Positions 48,617 through 60,034 of a DNA stretch of 62,867 nucleotides are shown in pieces. Numbering within the stretch: the first letter of the stretch is position 1; every line of letters starts with the position of its first letter. Both the position numbers and the translations under genes were made by a program. The DNA comes from Mayamaea pseudoterrestris (lineage: Eukaryota). The stretch covers positions 186,001 to 248,867 of the forward strand of contig BROI01000034.1 in the NCBI GenBank assembly GCA_027923505.1, in the 5' to 3' direction. The notes beneath the pieces are model-generated. The model worked only from the letters and a program-made list of their open reading frames with translations. It was not told where the DNA came from and did no database searches.

Positions 48617-49125
48617 CTTGTGTCGAGTCCGCAGCTGTCGTATGTGACATGTGAATGAAGAAAGTGCACAACCGTCATGTGGATGCGTTGTATGAATGGA
48701 ACGACTGATTACGACTGATGTAATGTGATTGAAAGAAACGGATTGATCAGATGATCTTCCGAGTGGTCGATGTAGCAATGTAGCGATAAGCTCACAATAT
48801 AGAACTACAAGTTTGCGACGAGAGTGCAGTCGTATTCGTGTAGTGGCGAGCGCCAAGACTATTCGATGAGCTATCTCCATCAAGAGCTGTACAGACCGTG
48901 GCCAAGGACCCTGTATTGGAGCTTTTGGAGGTAAGACATTGACTGCGAAATCGTCAACGGTGTTATCGCGTGACGCCTGTGTGGGCAATAGACGGATAGC
49001 TACCCAACCGCAGTCTCTTACGAACAGTACGAAGTCTCGTGCGAACAGGTCCCGCACTAGCTGTTAGCTACGGCAGTGATGTGCAGGCTAGTCTACCCGA
49101 CCGCTGTCTTGCGAACTGTACAACA

Positions 49126-49620
49126 TGACTGCCAATCCATTGCAACCGCCCACCGACAGACCAACCTGCCATTCAACTCCAGAGGCTGGGTCAGTGCCAA
49201 CGGCGGCAGCCGACCTTGTTCTATTGTAAAGGGACTATTGGCATTCCAGACATTTTTCACTGCCCATAATCACCTAGGGTGGCATGCCACCTTTGAGGGG
49301 CAGATAGCCATTGGATGGGCAGCAGTGCAGGATAATTTCCATTACTCCAATGCAAAACTGTATCTTAATGGAGGCACTGTCTGTCTTGAATCATCCTCAA
49401 TATATCTAAAACATTTTGGGACATGTGGTCGCAGCCCAACAACACCATCCATCAACAGGAGAGCAGTATCCAAGTCTGCCCAGCTGTGACTCCTCAGCTG
49501 CCTTGGAAAATGTGTATCCAACAGCTTCCACCAACACAAATCAAAGCCAGGTTCCATCTGGTCTGCAAAGAGCATGAGCCAAACATGGCTAGGCGACCTC
49601 CAACTGCATGCCCACAACCA
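49126..49620 (+). pseudogene. Decayed 3' fragment of a non-LTR retrotransposon ORF (LINE/Ambal-like)
   Basis: HNHLGWHATFEGQIAIGWAAVQD followed, after a frameshift, by MWSQPNNTIH. This resembles the IGW..F.G.....W and W..RN..IH C-terminal motifs of LINE ORF2. The region is CpG-depleted. Boundaries are approximate. Confidence 0.42.
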
Positions 49621-50213
49621 AAACCCACTATATGTTATCTGTTCCAGTGTTATTTTATGTCCAGCCAGGTACTGATATGTGTAATGGTCCTTGTAACAAG
49701 TATGGCATTGGATATCACTCTGGCATCTTCCAACTCAACCTGTACTACTCCATTACTATCTGAAATCCTATGTCTGTGATCCCAGATGGTACAATACATT
49801 TGTTGCGTAGATTCATCTGTACTGATAAAAGGAGTAAATCATTGAGTTGTTATTATTGCTTGGCTGGTGTCTCATTTTGCTGCAATGTCATTGGCTTGGA
49901 GTCATACCCCTAAGATTTCTCAAGCCCTGGCAACTCAACAACACAATGAGTCATGTAAAACCTGTTTTAAGGCTGTGCCACCGACAATTTGTCGTAGGGA
50001 GAAAGGTCATGGGGAGAACTCCTACAGGGTTGCCAAAGTCACATACAGTACTTGCTTATATTGATGCTAAAATAATTATTACAAGCCAGTCTAAAGATTT
50101 TTCAACATGCAACATGACCGCATCAGGCATTCGTCCAACTTTAAAGCATGTCACACCTCAAAAGCCGCTCGTCGCACCCCTAACACCCACAGGCAGCTGC
50201 ACTCACACAGGCA

Positions 50214-51639
50214 CTACTTGAACACTTTGCTGTCCTGAATTGGCTTGTCTTCGAGGGTTTCCTCACTGCACCAGTAATCCTGAACAATCTGCTTGTGTTC
50301 TTCATTCGTTGGGTCAAGCTTAGTCCAGTCGTACCAGTTGGCATCGTCGTTCGCCGCCAGCAAATATTCCACCGTCTGTCCGCGCAGTAACCAAACACCC
50401 TTGATTTCGAGCGTAGTGTCTTCCGTTCCAAGCACATCCATGACACCAAATGCCCACTTGCGAACTTCATCGCTGCGCTGTTGAAAGCCTCCAACGGCAT
50501 TACTTGTCATGAAGACCATCTTGTTTTCTTCATTGTACTTGTAGTTTTGCAACCACAGGGAATAGCCATTGGCGTCAAAATTTTCCCAAAACCACTTCAT
50601 CGACTCCTCGTAAGTAGGTGCGTTGGAATACTGCTTCTTCCAAGCGTCCATGATGAATGGCGAGGGTGTCTCACGGTCCATAATCTTATAGGGGTGCTCC
50701 TCCTTCTTAACAGGCGCAACTTCCGAATCGACTTCGGCAGCTGCTTCGTTCTTGTCCTCCTTCTTCTTGGCGTCCTTCTTAGGAGCCGCCGCTCCTCCGG
50801 CGGACTGTCCCTTAGCTAACAACTCCTTTTTGCATAACGTCACCTTGCCGACGACTTGGACAAATTCAGGCTGATTGACGCAGGTATTGAACCAACGCAT
50901 GACATTTCCAAATGGCTTGATAAAGTTCTTGTCGCAAACCAATTTGAATGGATACAACAAAGTCGAAGCAACGACAATGTCAGCAAGCGTCACCTGATTA
51001 CTAACCAAGTACGTCTTGTCGAGCAAATATCCGTCAAGGACAGTCAATGCGGCAGCAAGGTCCGTCTTGGCCTTGATGTAGCTAAAGAAATAGGAAAGAA
51101 TTGATTGCCGAAAATGTCAGTAAATTCTGTATAGTAAATTACCGACGAAGCGTGACAAGTCGTTACTCATCAAGGATTGACAACTCGCCATTTCACTTTG
51201 CTTGACACGAACAAAGCACGCAACCCTGTGATCACGACATCTAGCATGTCCATTCTCCGATCGCATTATGAACTTACGCATTTTCTTGAAAGGGAATGTA
51301 TCCCGCTGCCGGATAAAACCAAACGCAGGCTGGAAGCTCAACATCATGTGAAGCCCAATCCATCCAAGCGTCAATCGCCGCCGTTTCCTGCGAAGTTTCG
51401 CCAAGCAATCCAGTATCGCGTCTCAAGCCAGCGACATACTTGGCCATGGCATGACTACTGAAGATGGTAGATCCATCAGGCAACTGCAGCAAGGGAAGCT
51501 TGCCGACGGGGCTCTTGGAGGCATGCTTCAAGTCAGTATCTACATTGATCGAAACGCCATTGTATTCGGCAGCAATTAGAACCGAAAAGGCACGAAAGGA
51601 AGCCTCTGGAGCATAGAGGGTATACGAAGGAGCAGGCAT
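50214..51639 (-). CDS. EEF1G: Translation elongation factor 1B-gamma; exons 51639-51278 and 51081-50214
   Basis: N-terminal GST-like domain (SPVGKLPLL, LLG....AAIDAWMDW, TLADI) and C-terminal EF1G domain (MDAWKKQYSN, WFWENFD, FMTSNAVGGFQQR, YDWTKLD). A 196-bp GTAAGT...TTTAG intron joins ENA-YIKAK in frame. Confidence 0.95.
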
Positions 51640-51993
51640 GCTTACGTGCTACGGTTTAGGTATGCTCGTATTCGACAGTGGATGGAACTTGTGGCGAGTC
51701 GAAGGATGAGGCGCGGCGACGAACGAATCTCGCGTTCGAATAATGGACGGCGGTGATGATGCAACGTCTGGCCAGCGTTCTACTGTACAAGGAGTGTACG
51801 CCATAAACTTTGAATCAAACTTATTGGTAGTATAGAACAAAGTGTACCAAGCAACATCGTAGCGGTTATCATTCTGGATCCCGACTATCGTTTCGCACTC
51901 GCCCATCGCCATGGGAAATTGACGCATGTTCCTACCATTGTCAAGCAAATACAATAGTCATTCGTTCCCTACTGATACTTTTATCACTGGAAG

Positions 51994-52800
51994 ATGCGGT
52001 TAACAATTCACAATGTCAAAATCCCCTCTAGACGTGCGCTTGGGCAACGAACTCGACCATTTGCTAGCGACGGCATTCCATTCTATGGGTGCCCTCGATC
52101 GCAGTCGCAAACGCAATCGCCATCCAATATGATTACACTTGTGCAAAATGCAATGGCGGCAGTTTTAGATCCTACAAGAGCTGATGCAGTGGCTGTCGTA
52201 GGTGAATTGACTGGTCATTTGGCATTGCAGAAACTGCACGACGTCATGCTCAACGACAAACAAGGAAGACTTATAATGCTGGAACGTCCCATCGTTTCCA
52301 AGGAAAACATACCATATGAGCGTCTTTTGCAAAGCAGTGAATCTATTCACGCGACGCCTTCCGACAGAATTACCTTTGGACAAGCCTACGGCGGCTTTCT
52401 TCACAAGCATGGATTTGATCCCGACGATCGAGACGAAATCAAGCACATTTGCGACCCCAATTTGGCGTATGTCATGCTTCGGTATCGACAGTCTCATGAT
52501 TTTTTTCATACGCTAACAAACTTGCCACCGACGGTCTTGGGCGAGCTTGGTTTAAAGTGGTTGGAACTTTTTCAAACGGGCTTGCCACTTGCTGCGTTGA
52601 GCGGAACGGTTGGATCCTTGCGACTGGATGCGCAGCAGCACTCGATACTTTGGAAGTTATACTTGCCATGGGCCAAGAGAGTTTCGCAGCAGATGGAATT
52701 TGGAGCTTTGATGACGGTTTATTACGAACGCGAATGGGAAACACCACTAGTGGATTTGCGGAAGCGACTTGGAATAGAACCTGCACCGAAAATCAAGTGA
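51994..52800 (+). CDS. COQ4: Ubiquinone biosynthesis protein COQ4
   Basis: DPTRADAVAVVGE, TFGQAY, AYVMLRYRQSHDFFH (HDxxH-x11-E motif), GELGLKWLE..QTGLP, LRKRLGI. Basic N-terminus is compatible with mitochondrial targeting. Confidence 0.93.
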   Translation: MRLTIHNVKIPSRRALGQRTRPFASDGIPFYGCPRSQSQTQSPSNMITLVQNAMAAVLDPTRADAVAVVGELTGHLALQKLHDVMLNDKQGRLIMLERPIVSKENIPYERLLQSSESIHATPSDRITFGQAYGGFLHKHGFDPDDRDEIKHICDPNLAYVMLRYRQSHDFFHTLTNLPPTVLGELGLKWLELFQTGLPLAALSGTVGSLRLDAQQHSILWKLYLPWAKRVSQQMEFGALMTVYYEREWETPLVDLRKRLGIEPAPKIK

Positions 52801-53231
52801 ACAGTGTAACGGCGAACAAAGTCTGAAAGTCTGACGCTAGTCATTGATATACTTGCTTGTGCGACCACTCTCCTTTCTTATCAAGTGTTGCAATGAAACG
52901 TTTGCGCAGATATCATTGATTCGTCTTTGGGCGCATCAAGCGCCATGCCTGTGTACAGTAACAACTTTGGGAGACTGCGTTTTAGTATCCTACATTCGTT
53001 ATTAACTTTTTGTTGTACAAGTAAAACGTAAAGGAAGAAGGCGCAGATCAAAGGAGAAAGGGACTACCGGCATTGGTATAATATAATATACTGCAGTACG
53101 GAGCATTGATTTGTCGCAGCTGTAACCGCTACGACAGACGTTCATGGCGCGCCGCACCGCATCGCCATTATTATTTTCGCCCCGTTTGCTGCCATTCCTT
53201 CACGTATCTAAAGTCTACTGTACGTAGCGTC

Positions 53232-53942
53232 ATGTCCGAGTCAGAGGAAAAGGACCATGAAAAAGCGTTGCGGGAAGACGCCGACGATCTGGCGTGTCTC
53301 AAGGATGATGACGTTGAAGATGAGGCGGAGGACGTTTACGCTGCTCATCCGCACAATCAACAACCGGAAACACCTCGAACGGTCAAATACAAGCAGGAAC
53401 TTTTGGATGCAGCGGCCAATAGCGTTGAAAACAATCAAGTTGATTTTACGCATGCGATTGAGGTCTTGTCGGATGAAGTTGTAGCTGATGTTCTTTCCAA
53501 AAAGCACGGACGATCAAATTCTCCCAATCAAACGCACGCCGTCCAAGTAGCAGCAGCAGCTGCGGCAGCGGCAGCAGCTATTAGTACTACTACTACAAGT
53601 CAAGAAGAAAGTCGAGCGCATGCAGCAGAAGAAGTCGCGGCCGAGGATTCCGGCATGCAGCAACCATTGGCGGGTGGCTTGATGCTCGTACACGACGGTC
53701 CACCCGTCGAACCGCTTTCGTTGGTGTACGGCGGAGCATGGCCTGACGGATGGCGACAGCGGGTCGTGTTGCGCAAGACTGGAGGCCGAAAAGGACCGAG
53801 ACGCGACAATTACTTTTATACGCCAAAGAAGGGATATGAATTGCTCGGAGTCAAAAAGGCTAAACTATTCTTGACCAAGCTGAAGGAGTGTGACGGCGAT
53901 GAAGACAAGGCGCTTGAATGTATGGCGGCGCCCATTGTATGA
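53232..53942 (+). CDS. Acidic protein with a C-terminal MBD-like (methyl-CpG-binding fold) domain
   Basis: ATG at 53232. WPDGWRQRVVLRKTGG...RRDNYFYTPKKGYELLG..AKLFL resembles the MBD consensus LP.GW.R....RKSG.....DVYY..P.GK..RS.......L. Confidence 0.7.
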   Translation: MSESEEKDHEKALREDADDLACLKDDDVEDEAEDVYAAHPHNQQPETPRTVKYKQELLDAAANSVENNQVDFTHAIEVLSDEVVADVLSKKHGRSNSPNQTHAVQVAAAAAAAAAAISTTTTSQEESRAHAAEEVAAEDSGMQQPLAGGLMLVHDGPPVEPLSLVYGGAWPDGWRQRVVLRKTGGRKGPRRDNYFYTPKKGYELLGVKKAKLFLTKLKECDGDEDKALECMAAPIV

Positions 53943-54312
53943 GTAACAATTGCACGAGTATGTGGCGCAATAGATGGTCGTTTACATTATACGCAACTGT
54001 TAGTCTGTTTGTAGAACCATACGCTTCGAGTGCTGCCAGTACGATGAGTGAATCGGGCCATCCACAACCGTCGCCTTTTTATCATGTAGTGATTGTCAAT
54101 CACTCGATGAAATAATCACGCAATGAATGCAAAGGCAATACTTGATACATGATCATGCATGATACACTTGCTATTAATGATTGTATCATTGTATTTCCTA
54201 CTGGTAAGCAACTGTTCATCGACTCGCACACCACTCACAGTGAAGTAACGCTTGCATCAAACTCCTCGTTACACTTCCACGCCGACGAGTCGCAAACCCA
54301 ATCCAGCCCGCC

Positions 54313-56420
54313 TTAATCCACCTTGACGTTTTGGAAAATCGCTCGGACAAATCGACTAGCCGCTCCATGCCCAAGAGTGCCACACAAGAGACCCAGATTG
54401 ATCGCAATCAACGACATATATCCAAAGTAGTACGTCGTCTGTAGCAACCCGTGCATTTGCGTCTTGAACAAGAAATAGTAAATCAAAAACATATGCCGCC
54501 GTTGACGCTCCACTACCAAACGCCGTCCATTGCCACAGGTAATTCTCCGCATTGAGGCAAAAAGTAAGCGACAATGATCGATGTCATACCCCGACAATGG
54601 TCAAGATTGAGTAAACGCCAAGCGAAATCCATACACATGGTAAAACTTGCGGTTCAAAGACTCGTCAAGACGTAGTAAAGCTCAATGAAGATGCTTCCAA
54701 ATGACAACAAAACAGCCAATAGAATCAAACCCCTTGGCCGACCGTACCATGGTCATCCTCTGGGATTGGTCGAGGAATCGCATTAACTCCCCGGAAAATG
54801 ATCCGCGGCGACGGCGTTGATCCTTGGCTGCCAACAGCGTGACCCCGAGTATCGTACCAACGACGTCAAGTGGAACCGACACAAAGACCCAAATCAAAAA
54901 GAGCTTCATCATCACCATGAATGGGATTGTGTTGATCTTGCCGTAAAACAGCGAAACTGATTGAGCAGCGTCAGCACAACAGCTGATACTGTCGGCAGCA
55001 AAAGCACTGTCAACCCCACCAGCTGCCGAAGGGTGGTTTCGGTCCCACTAGTTTGGCGACGCGCGCTCGACGTGGTTGGGTAGTACATTTTGAAGAATTG
55101 GCCCCGACGAATAACCGGAAATTTGCTCGGGGCGTAGCAAACAATCACCGTGCAAAACTTCACCTCGTTGCTCATGCACTTGTCCATGGAGCGGTCCAAG
55201 GGCGGCCAAGAGAATCACTCAAGCGTGGGTACCCCGTTGCCAGCCCGTTCCAATCAAAGCGGCAAACAAGGGCGGCATGGAGGGCGCTCGAAAAACATCC
55301 TGCCTGCTTCCATCCACGTCCTCGCTGGACTTTCGTCGGTCTTGCCTTCGTCGTCCACTCTCCGTCGCCCGCTTCCGTGTCCCGCAATTCCATATCGCGC
55401 GTGTCCTTCTTGGCGTTCGTAGCAAAAATAGTGCGACCAATCCCGGAAACAATACCTCATGAATGGTTGAAAACGCTAAACCAGTGGATGGGTGCTGAAA
55501 AGTCGTGATCAAGGTAGCGTTCAAAAGCGCGAGTGAAAGAGATCCGTCGACTTGTTCCACTTGACATGCATGGTAAATTTGAGAATGACGCCCTCCTCCA
55601 CCTTGACCAAACTAGCCGGATCGCTCGTCAAATCGACTTGTACAATGTTATCGCCATTGTAGGTAACGACAAGGTTTCGTGTCGTGTAAACGAATGGGTG
55701 CAGATCTCCAATGTCTTCGACCTCCGAAACATGGTCCAGTCGATCCTTGTCGTCCTTGTCTTTCACTCTCAAACGCCTTGCTTCTGAGCTTGGAAGCAGC
55801 TCTCCAACCCATTCCCCCAGCGGCAGGTCATCCAAGTACATTTGGTAGAACCATCGACGTTGAATGGCATTTGCAAAGGCTTGCGCTTGTTCCTTGGTGA
55901 GAGGCTTGGTTGAGCATTCTTCCGTCTTTTGCGAGTCTTCGCTATACAATATGTCATGACTAGAGTGCCGAAGCGAATGTCCCCGGGATACTCGCCGATA
56001 CTTTGAAGCAATTCGTTAAACTGCCCTTCATTGTCGGGGTGGGTGCTTGGTTTCTGGAGCGCAATACGGAGTGTGTGTCTCTGCTTCCTGCGGATTGGCG
56101 TATGGACCGACCTGTAGGATTTCATGGAAAGAGAGTGAGTGAATCATGGGTTCAAATAACAGTGATGATCCATGAATCTCTAGTACTAGATATAATCTGC
56201 AAAGTAGCATTGCTACGGACTCGATGGCCCTCGTAATCGATTTCAAAGGCTGCTCAAAATGGCGGTTGATCTTTCTAGCAGCAGAGAGTATGTTGATTCG
56301 CACCTTATTCACCCAAAGCTCAACATGATCTCCTTTTTTGTAGTTATGATCCGAAGTTCCTGCTAGGACATGTGCCACTAGCAGTGAAAAAACAAGAGCG
56401 CATCCTCCGCCAATCCTCAT
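54313..56420 (-). CDS. Transmembrane 9 superfamily (nonaspanin/EMP70, TM9SF3-like), broken by many indels that are probably consensus errors
   Basis: Signal peptide, then DHNYKKGDHVELWVNK|VGPYANPQE (intron 56303-56112), WFYQMYLDDLP, ENYLWQWTAF, YYFLFKTQMHGLLQTTYYFGY and C-terminal FVRAIFQNVKVD, spread over several frames. Confidence 0.85.
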
Positions 56421-56659
56421 GGTGGTTGCGTTTTGTGCGGGCCGTCAGTCATCGGACGTGACCCGATTAATGTCGCACAAAGAATGGCGTTCTGCGTCTG
56501 CGTCGGACTGGTAATCATGACATTATTGCAGCCGTCGATTTCACGCGCACGAAGAATCGCGACAGATTCACATGCAGTCGATATAAATCAGAGTTGTACA
56601 ATTTGAAAAAACGCGACTGTACCATACTGATTCAGATAGTCTGACGAAACAGTCATTGA

Positions 56660-56722
56660 ATGATTGAGCGAGCGCTACTTTTGGCACTTTGCTTTTCTCG
56701 CATCGCGTTCGCCTGGATTAGT

Positions 56723-56759
<37 letters not shown>

Positions 56760-58010
56760 CTAGAATCTCTGGCAATCTGTTCAGCATGGTTTCTTCGTCG
56801 TCTACAAGTGCAGTTGAAATCAGTGACGCTTCCTCGACGCGTCAAGCCGTTTCAAAATACTATGGTGAGACGCTCAAAACGTCGGCCGATCTTCAAACCA
56901 ACGCCTGCTGCACTGGAGCCTCGCCGCCAACGCACATTCGCGACTTGCTTAAGAATATAGCCGACGAAACGAAAGCAAAGTACTATGGCTGCGGCTTGTG
57001 TCTACCAAACTACAATTTGGAAGGAGCAAGAGTCTTGGATTTGGGATGTGGAGCTGGCCGAGACGTTTACTTGGCGAGTCAACTCGTCGGTGCGTCTGGA
57101 AGCGTTGCAGGTGTCGACATGACGCACGAACAGCTGCAGTCTGCCAAGGACTTTCAAGACTTTCATGCCGACAAGTTTGGATACAAGAATACGGAATTCT
57201 ACCAGGGCTACTTGGAGACACTTCTTGATATTCCAGAGCTAGAACCAAACACGTTTGATGTCATTATCAGCAATTGCGTCATCAACCTTTGCACCGACAA
57301 GCCGGCCGTGTTGAAGGCTTGCTACGAACTTTTGAAACCAGGTGGCGAATTGTACTTTTCTGACGTATATACCAATCGTCGAGTGCCAATGGCTTTGCAA
57401 AAGAATGCTCTACTGTGGGGAGAGTGCTTGTCGGGCGCCCTTTATTGGAACGACTTTGAGGCGTTGGCCAAGCAGGCTGGCTTTAATGATCCACGTTTGG
57501 TCGAAGATTCACCCATTACCATTCAGAATAAAAATGTTGCTGCCTTGGTAGATCAAGAGGGGCATGGTGGTTTGGATTTTTACTCGGCCACGTACCGACT
57601 CTTTAAATTGCCCGAGCTAGAACCGGCGTGTGAAGGTACGTTTTTGAAAGCTAATCGTGGATGCCAAATTTAAGGCGCTTGTCTAATAAATCATGCGTCT
57701 CTCTTCCAATTTCGTATTTGTAGACTACGGGCAAGCGGTTATTTATAAAGGAACGATACCTCGATTCAATTCGTCTTGGACACTCGACAAGCATCACACG
57801 ATGGAGACGGGGCGCGTGTTTGCTGTTTGCGGCAACACATATACAATGCTACGTGAGAATCCTCGACTTGCACCCCATTTTGACTTTATTGGAACTTGGG
57901 ATCGACATTACGGCCTATTTGAAGGATGTGGAGGTGGACTGCCATTTGACAAGAGCACAAGCAATAGAGGTGGAAAGGGAGATGTGGCTGCTGCGGCAAG
58001 TTGCTGTTGA
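56660..58010 (+). CDS. AS3MT: Arsenite methyltransferase (ArsM/AS3MT family) with bipartite targeting presequence; exons 56660-57635 and 57724-58010
   Basis: TNACC, YYGCG, VLDLGCGAGRD, GVDMT, ISNCVINL, GGELYFSD, WGECLSGA. An 88-bp GTACGT...TAG intron joins ACE-DYGQAVIYKGTI. Confidence 0.9.
56723..56758 (+). repeat. (AGC)12 microsatellite encoding poly-Ser in the presequence
   Basis: Visible directly in the sequence. Confidence 0.9.
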
Positions 58011-58499
58011 GCGCTACAATTATTGTCGACGGTTTATAAACTAGATATGGTTATACGCCATGCCCATAGCTCGGTTTCTCTCGTCTGACCGAGCTACTGT
58101 ATGATATCACATAATCTACGGAGTACTTCACAGCAGCCGCCAATGCGGCGCTATATGCACGTTTGGGACATTTCACGAGCAGAATGACAGGCATGAGGAT
58201 TCGACGACCAATTAGATGTAGTCGTCGATGTCAATCGTTGCTGACGGGGGTTGTCCCTGATGATAGGACTCAAAATTGGGTCATTTAGCTTATGTTTTCT
58301 ATCACTTTGGTCACAGACATGGACACTGGACATTCTCTGACGAAAGTCATGCAAGGCAATAATGTTCATTATATAAGCCTCGGCGAATTCTACGATCAGG
58401 GGCGATTGACTACCCTGACCATTTCGGTGCACATTATTCTCATTCGCAAAACGATTGAGTTGTCCATTCGTCTCAACAACGATGCTTGCTACGAGCATC

Positions 58500-60034
58500 A
58501 TGTATAACGACGAAGTCAATCACCATGACAATGTCCTCGAAGAAGGAGAAACGAACCCCTTTGTTGGTCTGGGAATGGGTGCTACGCTTCCTCCAGGATG
58601 TAAGTGACAAAGAATTTGAACGATGTGAAGTCAACTCGTTTGATGTCACTTACTGAGATAGAGCTCTGTTTGTCGCTCGCTCCTTGCAGACACAAGCCTG
58701 CAAAGTCAACAGAGTAATACGATTCAGCTCATGCGACAGCCGATTCTTGGAGGAGAAATTATGGGATCTCCTCCTCGATGGCATCAGCAAATAATGAATG
58801 CCTCCACTCCGCATGCCGGTGTGCAGCACTTCCCAATCACAATGAACCAGCAGATGCATACGACTTCTTCCCAAAACATGAATATGAATCAAATGAAAAA
58901 CAACTCGTTAGCATATCAGCAGCTTCAGCAGCAAAGTTACGGAATGGATCTTCAGACACATCTTTTGCAGCAACGCCAACAGCAACTGCTGCAGCAGCAG
59001 TTACAACAAGAAAGTGCATTCATGCCAATGGCTTCGTTTTACCAACCAGCGCAACAGCAGCAGACTGCGTCGCTTCTTCTTTCGCAGTCCACGTACAACG
59101 ATGGCTCATCTCATTTGCAAAATCCGATGCCATTTTCGGCAAGTGGCGCGACGATTGCAAGCAAATGGAATCCTTCTATGGCCATGCCCGATCCACATCC
59201 GGCGCCTACCCCTTCATTCTATTCAATCCATCAGCCAATGCAACAGCAGGATACGCCGCAGACGCAGCAAGCTATCGCGCTTCAAAAGGCAGCTCTCCAG
59301 CAACAAATGCAGTTCGCCTACAACGAGGCTCAGCAATTTGAGCAGCAACTTGCCTTGAGACATCAACCAAGGACAGCCCAGCCATTCATGACACAGGAGC
59401 AACAGTGGCAGCAACGCGGCGCCAGACAGTCGCTTCGGCGCACCTTGCGGTCTCCGCTTATCCTTCATTGCGGCCAGCGGTCTCATGAAACACAAAAAGC
59501 GCAAGGCGCAAACCTTTCCGGAAAAATTCGTGGACGCGCTCATGCGCTCACGGTATCAACGAGAACATTGTCGCATGGTTGCCCGACGGCACGTCGTTTG
59601 TTTTTGTTCGACCCCAAGCTGTTTGTTAAAATCGTTCTTGGACCGGTTTTCAAGCATACCAAATGTGCATCCTTCGTAAAGCCTCTCCTGGGGGTTTCAG
59701 CGCGTGACGTGGTTCGGGAACAGAATGCTTCTATCATCCCCTCTTTTCCCATCCGCCCGCGACCGGGCCCTCGGGAGATCAAGTTCAGCTTTCGCCATGC
59801 TTCGCGGGAGGGATGATGATGGTTGTCATCAAAGGGCTTCCCGATTTTTTGTCAATAAATCCTCCGCCGAGCCTGGCCGGCGTGGATAAATTAGCTCCAA
59901 TCATGCAATATCCAGGCGAAGGTGCAATCTCCGGGGCGGGCTCGCGGCTTCAAGTTCGCTTGTCTGCCGCATCGGTGTTTGGTCAGGACTTGGGCTCGGG
60001 GGCGTTGAGGACATTCAAGATCATTAGTAAGTGA
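58500..60034 (+). CDS. Gln-rich protein with HSF-type DNA-binding domain; exon 58500-58599, intron 58600-58689; 3' part frameshifted, end uncertain
   Basis: A GTAAGT...TTGCAG intron joins in frame to the MRQPILGG ORF. TFPEKFVDALM / IVAWLPDGTSF / DPKLFVKIVLGPVFKHTKCASFV...WGF across frames matches the HSF domain pattern. Confidence 0.72.

Larger units (their letters stand above)
41836..48965 (+). mobile_element. Ty1/copia 'Copia-4' (CoDi-like, chromo-like domain), decayed, with nested MITE
   Basis: 395-bp LTRs at 41866-42260 and 48571-48965 (TGACA...TGTTA; ~15 substitutions, 2 indels). PBS GATTAACA at 42261-42268. PPT GAGGGGAG precedes both LTRs. No TSD. Confidence 0.95.

Noticed and set aside
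51082..51277. Box C/D snoRNA in the EEF1G intron (TGATGA...CTGA on the - strand)
   Set aside because: The span is only ~56 nt, there is no terminal stem, and the CTGA coincides with the likely branch point TACTGAC.
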